Shown here: positions 9,304-21,135 of the stretch, in pieces
How positions within the stretch are numbered: the stretch's first letter is position 1
Layout of the letters: every line of letters begins with the position of its first letter
Assembly (NCBI GenBank): GCA_020161065.1
Contig: JAIUPH010000027.1
Coordinates: 2,072-66,071, forward strand
Length of the DNA stretch: 64,000 bases
Source of the DNA: Pseudomonadota bacterium
GTDB lineage: Bacteria > Pseudomonadota > Gammaproteobacteria > Burkholderiales > Burkholderiaceae_C
Reading direction: 5' to 3'
The notes under the pieces: model-generated
What the model saw: only the letters and a program-made list of their open reading frames with translations
The model's database searches: none
What the model was told of the DNA's origin: nothing
Made by a program: the position numbers and the translations under genes

Positions 9304-12300
9304 ATGATGATGCAACGACGTCCCGTCGCGATCGCCGCGCTGCTGGTGCTGGGCGGTCTTTCCGGCGCCGCGCTGGCGCAATCGCGCAGCCCCTACATCG
9401 TGCAGCTGGCCGGCGAGCCGGCCGCCACCTACCAGGGCACCGTGGCCGGCTATGCCGCCACCGCACCGGCGGCCGGCAGCCGCTTCAACGCGCGCTCGAG
9501 CGCAGCCGCTGCTTATCGCGGTTATCTCGACAGCCTGCAGCTCAGCGTGGCCGCCACGGTGGCCAACGCCCCCGTCACCGCCCGCTACAACACGGTGTTC
9601 AACGGCTTCGCTGCCCAGCTCACCGACGCCGAGGTTGCAGCGCTGCGCGCCAACGCCAACGTGGTGGAAATCTTCCCCGACCTGCCGCGCAAGCTGGACA
9701 CCATCTCGACGCCCGCGTTCCTGGGGCTGTCGGCCAGCGGCGGCGTCTGGTCGCAGTTGGACGGCGCGGGCAAGAGCATCAAGGGCGAGGACATCGTCAT
9801 CGGCGTCGTCGACGGCGGCGTCTGGCCCGAGAACGCGGCTTATGCCGACCGCGTGGACGGTGCCGGCAAGCCGGTGTTCACCGGCGGCACGCTGGCCTAC
9901 GGCCCGCCGCCGGCCAGCTGGCAGGGCAGTTGCGTCGCCGGCGAAGGCTTCACGCCGGCCCTGCACTGCAACAACAAGCTGATCGGCGCCCAGTTCTTCA
10001 ACGCCATCTGGGTCAGCCAGAAGGGCTCGCTCAAGCACTGGACCGAGTTCTACTCGCCGCGCGATTCGGTGGCCGGCGCCAACGGCCATGGCGGCCACGG
10101 CTCGCACACCTCGTCCACCGCCGGCGGCAACGCCAACAACGACGCCACGCTGCCCGGCAACCCGCCGGTGCCGCTGGGCCCGGCGTCGGGCATCGCGCCG
10201 CGGGCGCGCATCGCGATGTACAAGGTGTGCTACACCTTCATCGACCCCGGCGCCACCGACGGCACCGGCAGCACCAACACCTGCTACACGGGCGACAGCG
10301 TCTCGGCCATCGACAAGGCGGTGGCCGACGGCGTCAACGTCATCAACTTCTCGATCAGCGGCAGCCAGACCTCGGTCAACGATCCCGTCGAGCAGGCCTT
10401 CCTGCGCGCCGCCAGCGCCGGCGTCTTCGTCGCCACGTCGGCCGGCAACAGCGGCCCGGCGCAGGCCGTCGCCCACGTCAGCCCCTGGCTGACCACGGTG
10501 GCGGCGTCGACCCACGACCGCGCCTTCATCGGCAGCACCACGCTGGGCAACGGCGCCACCTACACCGGCGCTTCGACGGCACCGTACGCGGTGCCGCAGA
10601 CGGCGCTGATCCGCGCCGAGGACGCCGGCGTGCCCGGCGCCAACGCCACCAACCTGAGCTTGTGCTACTCGAACCCGGTCGTGCTCGACCCCGTCAAGGT
10701 GGCCGGCAAGATCGTGATCTGCACGCGCGGCAGCAACGCCCGCGTCGACAAGAGCCTGGCGGTGTTCAATGCCGGCGGCGTCGGCATGATCATGGCCGAC
10801 AACGGCGCCGGCCTGGTGGCCGACGTTCATTCGGTGCCCACGGTGCACGTCTCGCAGGCCGACGGCAACGCGATCAAGGCCTACGCCACGAACAACGGCA
10901 GCGCCACCGCGTCGATCGCCAAGTTCACGCGCGGCACGCAGCCCGCGCCGGTGATGGCCAGCTTCTCGTCGCGCGGCCCCAATGCCGGCGACGGCAACAT
11001 GCTCAAGCCCGACCTGACGGCGCCCGGCGTCGACATCATTGCCGCGGTGACGGCCGGCCTGACCCAGGCGCAACGCGACCAGGTGGCCGCCGGCACGCTG
11101 GTGCCGCCGGCCGAGTTTGCGTCGTACCAGGGCACGTCGATGTCGAGCCCGCACGTGGCCGGCCTGGCCGCGTTGCTGAAGCAGGCGCATCCGACGTGGT
11201 CGCCGCAGGCCATCAAGTCGGCCTTGATGACCACCGCGACCTCCACGCTGAACGACGGCCTGACCGGCCTGCAGAACGGCCTGCTGCCCTGGGCACAGGG
11301 CGCCGGCCACGTGGCGCCCAACAAGGCCATGGACCCGGGCCTGGTCTACGACAACAGCAGCGCCGACTTCACGCGCTACCAGTGCAACGTGAACAAGGCT
11401 GCAGTGTCGCCGGCGTCGCTGTGCACGACGCTGGGCACGCTGGACCAGACCTACAACTACAACCTGCCCAGCATCACCGTGGGCTCGGTGTCCGGCGTGG
11501 TGACGGTCACCCGGCGCGTCACCAACGTCGGCGGCTCGGCGGCCACCTACACGTCGGCGATCTCGGTGCCCGGCTTCACGGCCGTGGTCACGCCGCCGGC
11601 GCTGTCGCTGGCCGCCGGCGAGACCAAAAGCTTCACGGTCAAGCTGACGGCCAACGGCGCGGTCGACAACGCGTGGAACTACGGCTCGCTGACCTGGACC
11701 GACGGCACGCACGTCGTCCGCAGCCCGGTCACCGCGCGCCTCGGCAAGCTGATCAGCGCGCCGGCTGGGCTCACCGGCACCACCGTCTCGGGCAGCCGCC
11801 TGATGACGGTGCAGACCGGCTTCAGCGGCCGCATGGGCTCGGTGAAGGGCGGCCTGAAGCCGGTGACGATGGGTCCCGTGACCGTCAAGACGCCCAACCC
11901 GATCGGCTCGACCGCGCTGTACAACGCCTGCGTGGCCGGCAACGACACGGCGGCCATCAAGGTCTACCCGGTCACGGTGCCGGCCAACGGCCTGGTCGCC
12001 CGCTTCGAGCTGCGCCAGGTCGACACCGGCGGCGCATCGCAAGACCACGACATGGTGGTGGTGCTGCCCAGCGGCGGTGGGCTCTACTCGGGCAACGACG
12101 GCTCGGACGAGGCCATCCAGATCGCCAACCCGGCCGCCGGCAACTACAAGGTCTGCGTGCTGGCCTGGGGCGGTGCATCGTCGATGTCGCACAAGCTGTC
12201 GAGTTGGGTGGTCAGCACGGCCGACCAGCCGGGCAACCTGACGGTGCTGCTGCCGGGCCAGGCCTACACCGGCGGTTCGGCGACGGTGGGGGTGTCCTGG

Positions 12301-12459
12301 AACGGGCTGACCAGCGGTGAACGCTACGTCGGCGCCTTCGGGCTGACCGACGCGGCCGGCGCCCTGCAGTCGACCACGGTGCTGCGCGTCAACCCGAACG
12401 GCAGCGTGCAAAGCGCGGTCAACCAGCACCCGGTGACCACCAACGACCTGAAGAAGTAA
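9304..12459 (+). CDS. S8 family serine peptidase (subtilase with I9-like propeptide, PA-type insertion and C-terminal PPC-like domain)
   Basis: RBS GGAGGA at 9295-9300. Signal peptide MMMQRRPVAIAALLVLGGLSGAALA. Triad motifs VIGVVDGGVWPE (Asp), HGGHGSHTSSTAGG (His) and GTSMSSPHVAGLAALL (Ser), with oxyanion SAGNSGP. 1051 aa. No PEP-CTERM tail. Confidence 0.92.
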   Translation: MMMQRRPVAIAALLVLGGLSGAALAQSRSPYIVQLAGEPAATYQGTVAGYAATAPAAGSRFNARSSAAAAYRGYLDSLQLSVAATVANAPVTARYNTVFNGFAAQLTDAEVAALRANANVVEIFPDLPRKLDTISTPAFLGLSASGGVWSQLDGAGKSIKGEDIVIGVVDGGVWPENAAYADRVDGAGKPVFTGGTLAYGPPPASWQGSCVAGEGFTPALHCNNKLIGAQFFNAIWVSQKGSLKHWTEFYSPRDSVAGANGHGGHGSHTSSTAGGNANNDATLPGNPPVPLGPASGIAPRARIAMYKVCYTFIDPGATDGTGSTNTCYTGDSVSAIDKAVADGVNVINFSISGSQTSVNDPVEQAFLRAASAGVFVATSAGNSGPAQAVAHVSPWLTTVAASTHDRAFIGSTTLGNGATYTGASTAPYAVPQTALIRAEDAGVPGANATNLSLCYSNPVVLDPVKVAGKIVICTRGSNARVDKSLAVFNAGGVGMIMADNGAGLVADVHSVPTVHVSQADGNAIKAYATNNGSATASIAKFTRGTQPAPVMASFSSRGPNAGDGNMLKPDLTAPGVDIIAAVTAGLTQAQRDQVAAGTLVPPAEFASYQGTSMSSPHVAGLAALLKQAHPTWSPQAIKSALMTTATSTLNDGLTGLQNGLLPWAQGAGHVAPNKAMDPGLVYDNSSADFTRYQCNVNKAAVSPASLCTTLGTLDQTYNYNLPSITVGSVSGVVTVTRRVTNVGGSAATYTSAISVPGFTAVVTPPALSLAAGETKSFTVKLTANGAVDNAWNYGSLTWTDGTHVVRSPVTARLGKLISAPAGLTGTTVSGSRLMTVQTGFSGRMGSVKGGLKPVTMGPVTVKTPNPIGSTALYNACVAGNDTAAIKVYPVTVPANGLVARFELRQVDTGGASQDHDMVVVLPSGGGLYSGNDGSDEAIQIANPAAGNYKVCVLAWGGASSMSHKLSSWVVSTADQPGNLTVLLPGQAYTGGSATVGVSWNGLTSGERYVGAFGLTDAAGALQSTTVLRVNPNGSVQSAVNQHPVTTNDLKK

Positions 12460-12481
12460 GCGCCCTGCGGCGCCGCGACGA

Positions 12482-12513
12482 GGGCTGCAAGCCGCCGGCG
12501 TGCAGCCCTTTTT
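12482..12513 (+). terminator. Rho-independent terminator after the subtilase gene
   Basis: Stem GGGCTGCA (12482-12489) pairs with TGCAGCCC (12501-12508), followed by TTTTT. Confidence 0.75.
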
Positions 12514-14795
12514 CATGTGCGCTGCCAGCGCTCGCGGATGGCGGCTTCCAGTGCCTGGGCGAAGCCATCGGCGTCGCACAAGGGCGAGGCCAGCAGGCGG
12601 CCGCGCAGCGTCTGCCGCAGCGCGGCCAGCGCCGCGCGGTCGGCGGCCAGGCGCCGCGCGCGGCCGACATAATCTTCGATGTCAGCGGCCACCCAATCGT
12701 CCAGGCCCAGCGCTTGCAGCAGGGCGGCGCCCTGGCGGCCCAGCGCCGAAGCGCCGGCCAGCGTCAGCACCGGCACGCCCATCCACAAGGCCTCCAGCGT
12801 GGTGGTGCCGCCCGGATAGGGAAACGGATCGAGCGCGAAGTCGACCGCGCGGTAGGCGGCCAGGTAGGCGTCGCGCGGCTGCGCCGGGCGCAGGCGCAGG
12901 CGCTGCGGGTCGATGCCCCGTGCCGCGAAGCGCTCGCCCAGGCGCCGGCGCACGGCCGGGCTGGCCAGCGCGCGGTCCTGCAAGGCCAGGCTGCTGCCGG
13001 GCAGCGCCGCCAGGATGGCGGCCCAGGCCGCGATCACCTCGTCGCCGATCTTCGCCAGGCGGTTGAAGCAGGCCAGCCGCAGGCCCTCGCCGGGCGCGGC
13101 GGCAATCGGCGTGGCCTCCACCGGCACGGCCGGCGGCACGAAGCACAGGAAGCCCTGCGGCAGCCGCAGCAGCGGCTCGACGAAGGCCGCCTCGGCGCCC
13201 GCCGGCGCGAGCCGCGGGTCGACCACCAGCGCGTCGACCTCGGCCAGCCCGCTGCTGGCCAGGCTGCCCAGCCAGCTCAACTGCAGCGGCGCGGGGCGCC
13301 AGGCCAGCGCCGGCAGGCGGTTGTGGCGGGTATGGCCCGAAAGGTCGATCAGCACGTCGATGCGGTCGTCGTGGATCAGCGCGGCCAGCGCGGCGTCGTC
13401 CAGCGCCTCGACCTGCCGCCACTGCGCGCAATGGCCGCGCAGGCACTGCGTCAGCGCGTCGGCCTGCGGTTGCGTCGCATAGGCCAGCAGCGTCAGCGCC
13501 GGCCGCTGCGACCAGCGCGCCAGCAGGGGTTCGACGAACCAGCCCACGGGGTGCGAGCGCAGGTCGCCCGACATCAGGCCGATGCGCAGCGGCGCCTGGC
13601 GGTCCCGGCCGCCGGCGGCGTGGCGGTAAGGCCGCGCCCGCCCCGCCGCCGCGCCGAAACGGCGCGCCGCCGCCAGCGTTTCGGCGCGCTCGGCTTCGCT
13701 GCGGTCCAGGTACTGGCGCGTGAACAGCCATTCGCTGCGCCACGCCAGGCGTTCGGGCTCCAGCGCCTGCGCGCGTTCCAGATGCGCCAGCGCCTGCGCC
13801 GGCTCGCCGATCAGGTTGAGCGCATGGGCCAGGTTGCCGCGCAGCGACGCGAAGTCGGGATCGCCATCGACCGCGACGCGATAGGCCGCCAGCGCATCGT
13901 CGATGCGGCCCAGCGCCAGCCAGGCATTGCCGAGGTTGCTGCGCACCGCCGGCTGCGCCGGCTCGCGCGCCAGCGACTGCTCGAAGGCGGCGGCGGCTTG
14001 CGCATGCCGCCCCAGCGCCATCAGCGCCACGCCCAGGTTGACCAGCAGCTCGGGGTGGCCGGGCTCGATTGCCAGGGCCTGTTGCCAGGCAGCGGCCGCT
14101 TCGTCGAAGCGACCACGTTCAGCTAACAGGTTAGCCAAGCGGCGCAGCGCCACGCGGTCGCCCGGCTGCAGCGCCAGCGCCTGTTGCAGGCTTTGCACGG
14201 CTTCGTCCGCCTGGCCCTGCGCCTGCAAGGCCAGCGCCAGGCCATGGTGGGCCTGGGCCAGGCGCGGCTGCAGCGCGATGGCCCGGCGGTAGCTGGCCGC
14301 GGCATCGGCAAAGCGCTGCTGGCCGGCGCGGGCACGGCCAAGGTTGTTGTGCGCCGCCGCCAGCGCGGGCTGCAGGCGCAGCGCCTGCTCGCAGCTGGCC
14401 GCCGCCGCGTCCCACTGGCCGAGCGAGGCCAGCACGTCGCCCAGGTTGCTGTGGGCCTCGGCGAAATCAGGCTTGAGGGCAAGCGCGGCGCGGTAGTGCT
14501 GCGCCGCCTGCTGCGGCTCGCCGCGCGCGGCGAGCAGGCCGCCCAGGTTGCCCAGCACCTCCACGTCCTGCGGCAGCAGCGCGGCGGCGCGCTGCAGCGC
14601 CGCCAGCGCGTCCTTGCCTTGCGCCAGCTGCGCCGTGCCCAGCGCCTTCCAGGCCATGCCGTCCTGCGGATGGCGTGCCGCCAGCGGCGCCGCCAGCGCT
14701 TCCATCTCGCCATGGCGCCCGGCGCTGAACAGGCGCAGCAGTTGCAGCAGATCGGCCTGCGGCACGCGGCCGCCGGGCGGCGTGGCAATGCTCAT
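12513..14795 (-). CDS. TPR-repeat protein with a C-terminal SPINDLY/OGT-like (GT41-type) glycosyltransferase domain
   Basis: Start MSIATPP (cat at 14793-14795). About 10 TPR units (AEAHSNLGDVL, AAAHNNLGRA, AQAHHGLALAL ...). The C-terminal half carries LRIGLMSGDLRSHPVGWF...FNRLAKI...YPGGTTTLEALWMGVPVLT, typical of bacterial OGT homologues. 760 aa. Confidence 0.85.
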   Translation of the reverse strand: MSIATPPGGRVPQADLLQLLRLFSAGRHGEMEALAAPLAARHPQDGMAWKALGTAQLAQGKDALAALQRAAALLPQDVEVLGNLGGLLAARGEPQQAAQHYRAALALKPDFAEAHSNLGDVLASLGQWDAAAASCEQALRLQPALAAAHNNLGRARAGQQRFADAAASYRRAIALQPRLAQAHHGLALALQAQGQADEAVQSLQQALALQPGDRVALRRLANLLAERGRFDEAAAAWQQALAIEPGHPELLVNLGVALMALGRHAQAAAAFEQSLAREPAQPAVRSNLGNAWLALGRIDDALAAYRVAVDGDPDFASLRGNLAHALNLIGEPAQALAHLERAQALEPERLAWRSEWLFTRQYLDRSEAERAETLAAARRFGAAAGRARPYRHAAGGRDRQAPLRIGLMSGDLRSHPVGWFVEPLLARWSQRPALTLLAYATQPQADALTQCLRGHCAQWRQVEALDDAALAALIHDDRIDVLIDLSGHTRHNRLPALAWRPAPLQLSWLGSLASSGLAEVDALVVDPRLAPAGAEAAFVEPLLRLPQGFLCFVPPAVPVEATPIAAAPGEGLRLACFNRLAKIGDEVIAAWAAILAALPGSSLALQDRALASPAVRRRLGERFAARGIDPQRLRLRPAQPRDAYLAAYRAVDFALDPFPYPGGTTTLEALWMGVPVLTLAGASALGRQGAALLQALGLDDWVAADIEDYVGRARRLAADRAALAALRQTLRGRLLASPLCDADGFAQALEAAIRERWQRT

Positions 14796-14812
14796 CGCGC
14801 GATTGTCATAGC

Positions 14813-15280
14813 ATGCGCGCCATGCCTCGTTCCACCGGCTGCATCCTTGCACTCGGCGCCCGCCGCGGCGCCGTGCTGCTGGCCGGGCTGCTGATGCTGG
14901 CCGGCTGCGGCGCAGCCTCGGCACCGGCGCCGACCACCCACCCGGGCGGCGCGTTGGCGGAGATCGAAGGCCTGATCGGCGCCGCGGCCTGCCGCCACGA
15001 CGCCGACTGCCGCGTCATCGGCATCGGCGCGCGGGCCTGCGGCGGCCCCGAGGCGTATCGCGCCTGGTCGGTCATTGACACCGACGAGCGACTGCTGACC
15101 GAACGCGTGCAGCGCGACGCCACCGTGCGCCGCGCCGAGATGGACCGCCTCGGCGTACGCTCCACCTGCACCATGCTGCCGCAGCCGCGCGTGAGCTGCG
15201 TGCTCGGCGCCAGCACGGCCAGCGCGACCACGACCGCGCCAGGCCGCTGCGTGCTGCAAAGCGGACGCCAGGCCGACTGA
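14813..15280 (+). CDS. hypothetical lipoprotein
   Basis: Lipobox LLMLAGC. 155 aa with seven further Cys after the lipobox Cys. The start lies only 17 bp from the divergent TPR gene start; an alternative ATG is at 14822. Confidence 0.6.
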   Translation: MRAMPRSTGCILALGARRGAVLLAGLLMLAGCGAASAPAPTTHPGGALAEIEGLIGAAACRHDADCRVIGIGARACGGPEAYRAWSVIDTDERLLTERVQRDATVRRAEMDRLGVRSTCTMLPQPRVSCVLGASTASATTTAPGRCVLQSGRQAD

Positions 15281-15388
15281 CGTCACGGCCGCGCGCTCAA
15301 CGCGCGAGCAGACGACCGCGCGCTGACCGCGCGAGCAGAGGGCCGCGCGCTCAACGCGCGAGCAGACGACCGCGCGCTGATCGCGCGC

Positions 15389-15391
<3 letters not shown>
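15281..15391. repeat. 27-bp tandem repeat (about 4 copies) between convergent genes
   Basis: Units start at 15301, 15328 and 15355 (CGCGCGAGCAGAcGacCGCGCGCTsAn). Partial copies lie at 15281-15300 and 15382-15391. A 40-nt block at 15287-15326 is repeated exactly at 15341-15380. Confidence 0.9.
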
Positions 15392-18133
<2,742 letters not shown>

Positions 18134-18383
18134 GCGACGGCAAGGCCTTGTGGTTCTTGGGCGGGCGCGGGCGGCGTGGCGGCGGCGTGGAGGAGACGAG
18201 CTTGCGGCGGGCTTGCGGCAGATGGCGTTGCCGCAGCGGATTTGCAAGACACCGGATCCGGGTGGGACCACGGGACGCCTCGCGCGCGCAAAGCGTCGCA
18301 GTTTAGCACCCGGGGTTACGGCCTCCGGCCGCCGGGCGGCGGCCGGCGCGACGTGCCGGCGGGCGGCGACCCCGCAGGCGCCG

Positions 18384-19334
18384 TCAGCGGCGCGCCAGGC
18401 CGCCGGCCGCCGGCGCCGAGGCACCGCCGGCCAGGAAGCGCGCCGGGTCCTGCGGCGCGCCGTCCACCAGCACCTCGAAGTGCAGGTGCGGCCCGGTCGA
18501 GCGGCCCGACGAGCCGACCTCGGCAATCACCTGGCCGCGCTTGATCAACTGCCCGCGCTTGACCAGCAGCTTCTGGCAATGCGCGTAGCGCGTGACGAGG
18601 CCGTTGCCGTGGTCGAGTTCGAGCATCTGGCCGTACTCGGGGTGGCTGTCGGCGAACAGCACCACGCCGCCGGCCGAAGCCTTGATCTGGGTGCCCGGCT
18701 CGGCCGGAAAATCCAGCCCGGTGTGCAGCGCCTCGCGCCCGGTGAAGGGGTCGGCGCGGAAGCCGAAGCCCGAGCCCACGGGGCCCTCCACCGGCGGCGC
18801 GCTGGGCACGCGCATCGCGTCGAGCTTGACCTGCAGCAAGCGCGATTCGCTGAACGTGAAAAGGTCGGTCTGCCAGTCGGCCGCCTCGTCGAGGCCGCTG
18901 ACCTGGCGCTGCAGTTCTTCCAGCGAAGGCCGGCGCGCCGGAATGTAGGGGCCGCCGCGGCCGCCTTCGGCCGTGCGGCGCTGCGGCTTGACGTCCTCGG
19001 CCTTCAGCCCGGCCAGGCCGCTGACGCGGTCGCTCACCGCTTCGAGCTTGACCATCTTGGCCTGCATCTCGCCCACCTTCTGCGCCATCGCGTCGAGGTT
19101 GTCGCGCATGTAGCGTTCGCGCTGCGCGATCTCGTCGCGCACCACCAGGCGCACGATGGAGCTGACCACCGGCCAGCCCTCGCGCGCGGCGGTGAGGAAC
19201 ACGAAGTGGTAGATCGCGCCCGACAGCATCAGCAGCACGAAGACCACCGCCGCGCCGGCCAGCGCCGCCTGCAGCGCGCTGAACTGCAGGGCCCGCGTGC
19301 GCGCCAGGCGGCCGTGGGTGATGAGGATCTGCAT
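18384..19334 (-). CDS. M23 family metallopeptidase
   Basis: Start MQILITHG (cat at 19332-19334), one N-terminal TM segment, coiled region, M23 motifs HTGLDF and GPHLHFEV. 316 aa. Confidence 0.9.
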   Translation of the reverse strand: MQILITHGRLARTRALQFSALQAALAGAAVVFVLLMLSGAIYHFVFLTAAREGWPVVSSIVRLVVRDEIAQRERYMRDNLDAMAQKVGEMQAKMVKLEAVSDRVSGLAGLKAEDVKPQRRTAEGGRGGPYIPARRPSLEELQRQVSGLDEAADWQTDLFTFSESRLLQVKLDAMRVPSAPPVEGPVGSGFGFRADPFTGREALHTGLDFPAEPGTQIKASAGGVVLFADSHPEYGQMLELDHGNGLVTRYAHCQKLLVKRGQLIKRGQVIAEVGSSGRSTGPHLHFEVLVDGAPQDPARFLAGGASAPAAGGLARR

Positions 19335-19352
19335 CGCCAATAAACTCCTGCC

Positions 19353-19682
19353 ATGGTTGCACCACAGCCCAAGGTGTCGACGTTCGGCATGGCCGCCGCG
19401 CTGGAGCGCTGCGAGCCGTTGGGCCAACTGCTGCGCCGCCTGGACGAGGCCCGCAGCCTCTACGAGGCCGCGGCGCCGCTGCTGCCGCCGGCGCTGCGCG
19501 CCGACGTGCGGACGGGGCCGGTCGACGCCGGCTGCTGGACGCTGCTGGCCGCCCACAACCCCGCGGCGGCCAAGCTGCGACAGATGCTGCCCCTGCTGCT
19601 GGACAAGCTGCAGACCGAGGGCAGGCAGGTTACTTCAATCAGGGTGCGGGTTCAACCACGTTCGCCCGGCCCGCGCGGCTGA
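19353..19682 (+). CDS. DUF721 / DciA-family protein
   Basis: 109 aa, divergent from the M23 gene as in other Burkholderiales. The body ...VDAGCWTLLAAHNPAAAKLRQMLPLLLDKLQTEGRQVTSIRVRVQP fits DUF721. The real start may be the ATG at 19389. Confidence 0.7.
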   Translation: MVAPQPKVSTFGMAAALERCEPLGQLLRRLDEARSLYEAAAPLLPPALRADVRTGPVDAGCWTLLAAHNPAAAKLRQMLPLLLDKLQTEGRQVTSIRVRVQPRSPGPRG

Positions 19683-19764
19683 CGAACCCGGCGACGGCGA
19701 TGAACGCCAGCCTTGGATTCACCTGGGCGCCCGATCGGCCCTGCGTCCTCGTGCGACGCTGAAG

Positions 19765-19840
19765 TGGTGCCGGCTGTCCGAATCGAACGGACGACCTTCC
19801 GCTTACAAGGCGGGTGCTCTACCAACTGAGCTAAGCCGGC
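19765..19840 (-). tRNA. tRNA-Thr (anticodon UGU)
   Basis: Hand-folded reverse complement: GCCGGCT TA GCTC AGTTGGTA GAGC A CCCGC CTTGTAA GCGGA AGGTC GTCCG TTCGATT CGGAC AGCCGGC A CCA. 76 nt with encoded CCA and all four stems formed. Confidence 0.93.
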
Positions 19841-19882
19841 GCTGCGCGCGGATTCTAGGAGGCGCGGGGCGGCATCGGCCGC

Positions 19883-20380
19883 CTACTTGACGCGCTTGAG
19901 CGATGGCCGTTGCGGGCCGCCGGGCTGGGGATCGGGCGGCGGCGGCTCGTCGTCGCCGGCCTCGGGGTCGACGGTGGCCAGCCGCAGGCCGCGCGCCGGC
20001 GCCGGGGCCGGCGTGGCGCCCTCGCCTTCGGCCGCGGCGGGGCCGGCGGGCACGGGGAAGGCCATGCCCTGGCCGTTCTCGCGCGCGTAGATCGCCACCA
20101 CGTGATCGACCGGCACGACGATGTCGCGCGGCACGCCGCCGAAGCGGGCGCGAAACTCGATGAAGTCGTTGCCCAGCTTCAAGCCGCTGGTCGCCTCGAA
20201 GCTGACGTTGAGCACGATCTCGTTGTTCTTCACGTACTCCATCGGCACCTGCACCGAGGCGTCGACGTACACCGCGACGTAGGGCGTGAGCCCGTTGTCG
20301 GTGCACCAGTCGTGCAGCGCGCGCAGCAAATACGGCCGCGTCGAACTGCCCTGGTTGTCGGGAGCCTGTGGACCACTCAT
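19883..20380 (-). CDS. sspB: ClpXP specificity-enhancing factor (stringent starvation protein B)
   Basis: 165 aa. RPYLLRALHDWCTDNGLTPYVAVYVD...NVSFEATSGL. Follows sspA. Confidence 0.93.
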   Translation of the reverse strand: MSGPQAPDNQGSSTRPYLLRALHDWCTDNGLTPYVAVYVDASVQVPMEYVKNNEIVLNVSFEATSGLKLGNDFIEFRARFGGVPRDIVVPVDHVVAIYARENGQGMAFPVPAGPAAAEGEGATPAPAPARGLRLATVDPEAGDDEPPPPDPQPGGPQRPSLKRVK

Positions 20381-20399
20381 GGGGCGGGCGGCGGGCGGC

Positions 20400-21011
20400 T
20401 TACTTGCGCATCACCTTTTCGGACGGCGTCAGCGCCTCGATGTAGGCGGGGCGCGAGAAGATGCGTTCGGCGTACTTCAGCAGCGGCACGGCGTTCTTGC
20501 TGAGGTCGATGCCGTAGTAGTCCAGCCGCCACAGCAGCGGCGCGATCGCCACGTCCAGCATGCTGAAGTCGTCGCCCAGCATGTACTTGTTCTTCAGGAA
20601 GATCGGCGCCAGCTGCGTCAGGCGGTCGCGGATCTGGCCGCGCGCCTTCTCGAGCTGCTTGTCGGTGGCCTTGACACCGCGGCCTTCGAGCAGGTTGACG
20701 TGCGCGAACAGTTCCTTCTCGAAGTTGAACAGGAACAGCCGCACGCGCGCGCGCGCCACCGGGTCGCCCGGCATCAGCTGCGGGTGCGGAAAGCGCTCGT
20801 CGATGTACTCGTTGATGATGTGGCTCTCGTACAGGATGAGGTCGCGCTCCACCAGGATGGGCACCTCGTTGTACGGGTTCATCAGCGCGATGTCTTCGGG
20901 CTTGGCGAAGAGGTCGACGTCGCGGATCTCGAAATCCATGCCCTTCTCGAACAGCACGAAGCGGCAACGGTGCGAGTAAGGGCAGGTGGTTCCGGAGTAG
21001 AGCACCATCAT
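20400..21011 (-). CDS. sspA: stringent starvation protein A (GST-fold)
   Basis: 203 aa. MMVLYSGTTCPYSHRCRFVLFEKGMDFEIRDVD... Confidence 0.95.
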   Translation of the reverse strand: MMVLYSGTTCPYSHRCRFVLFEKGMDFEIRDVDLFAKPEDIALMNPYNEVPILVERDLILYESHIINEYIDERFPHPQLMPGDPVARARVRLFLFNFEKELFAHVNLLEGRGVKATDKQLEKARGQIRDRLTQLAPIFLKNKYMLGDDFSMLDVAIAPLLWRLDYYGIDLSKNAVPLLKYAERIFSRPAYIEALTPSEKVMRK

Positions 21012-21061
21012 GGTGGCAGACCTCGATCAAACGGCGGGGGCCGCATGCATGCGGTCCCCTG

Positions 21062-21105
21062 AAAAAACCAGGCGCAGTGGACGCTGGACAAGCCCCCACT
21101 GCGCC
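21062..21105 (-). terminator. Rho-independent terminator after petC (minus strand)
   Basis: On the minus strand: GGCGCAGTGG, a 15-nt loop, CCACTGCGCC, then TGGTTTTTT. Plus-strand stems are 21071-21080 and 21096-21105, with the A-run at 21062-21067. Confidence 0.7.
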
Positions 21106-21135
21106 GACCCGGCTGCAACGAGCCGGGGCTGAATG

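Noticed and set aside
9097-12579. 1160-aa antisense ORF opposite the subtilase gene, and the 8149..9303 N-terminal extension of the subtilase ORF
   Set aside because: Same GC artefact, with RRRR/GGGG-type low complexity. The real gene is defined by its RBS, signal peptide and S8 motifs. The extension runs through the separately recognisable PEP-CTERM gene in another frame.
19683-19882. tRNA-Thr flanks considered as an integration site for a mobile element
   Set aside because: There is no integrase, no direct repeat of the tRNA 3' end, and housekeeping genes (DUF721/dciA, sspB) lie on both sides within 100 bp.
21037-21059. GC-rich hairpin GGGGCCGCATGCATGCGGTCCCC between petC and sspA, considered as a terminator
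   Set aside because: On the transcribed (minus) strand the T-run precedes the hairpin rather than following it. The adjacent hairpin at 21071-21105 has the correct geometry and was called instead.
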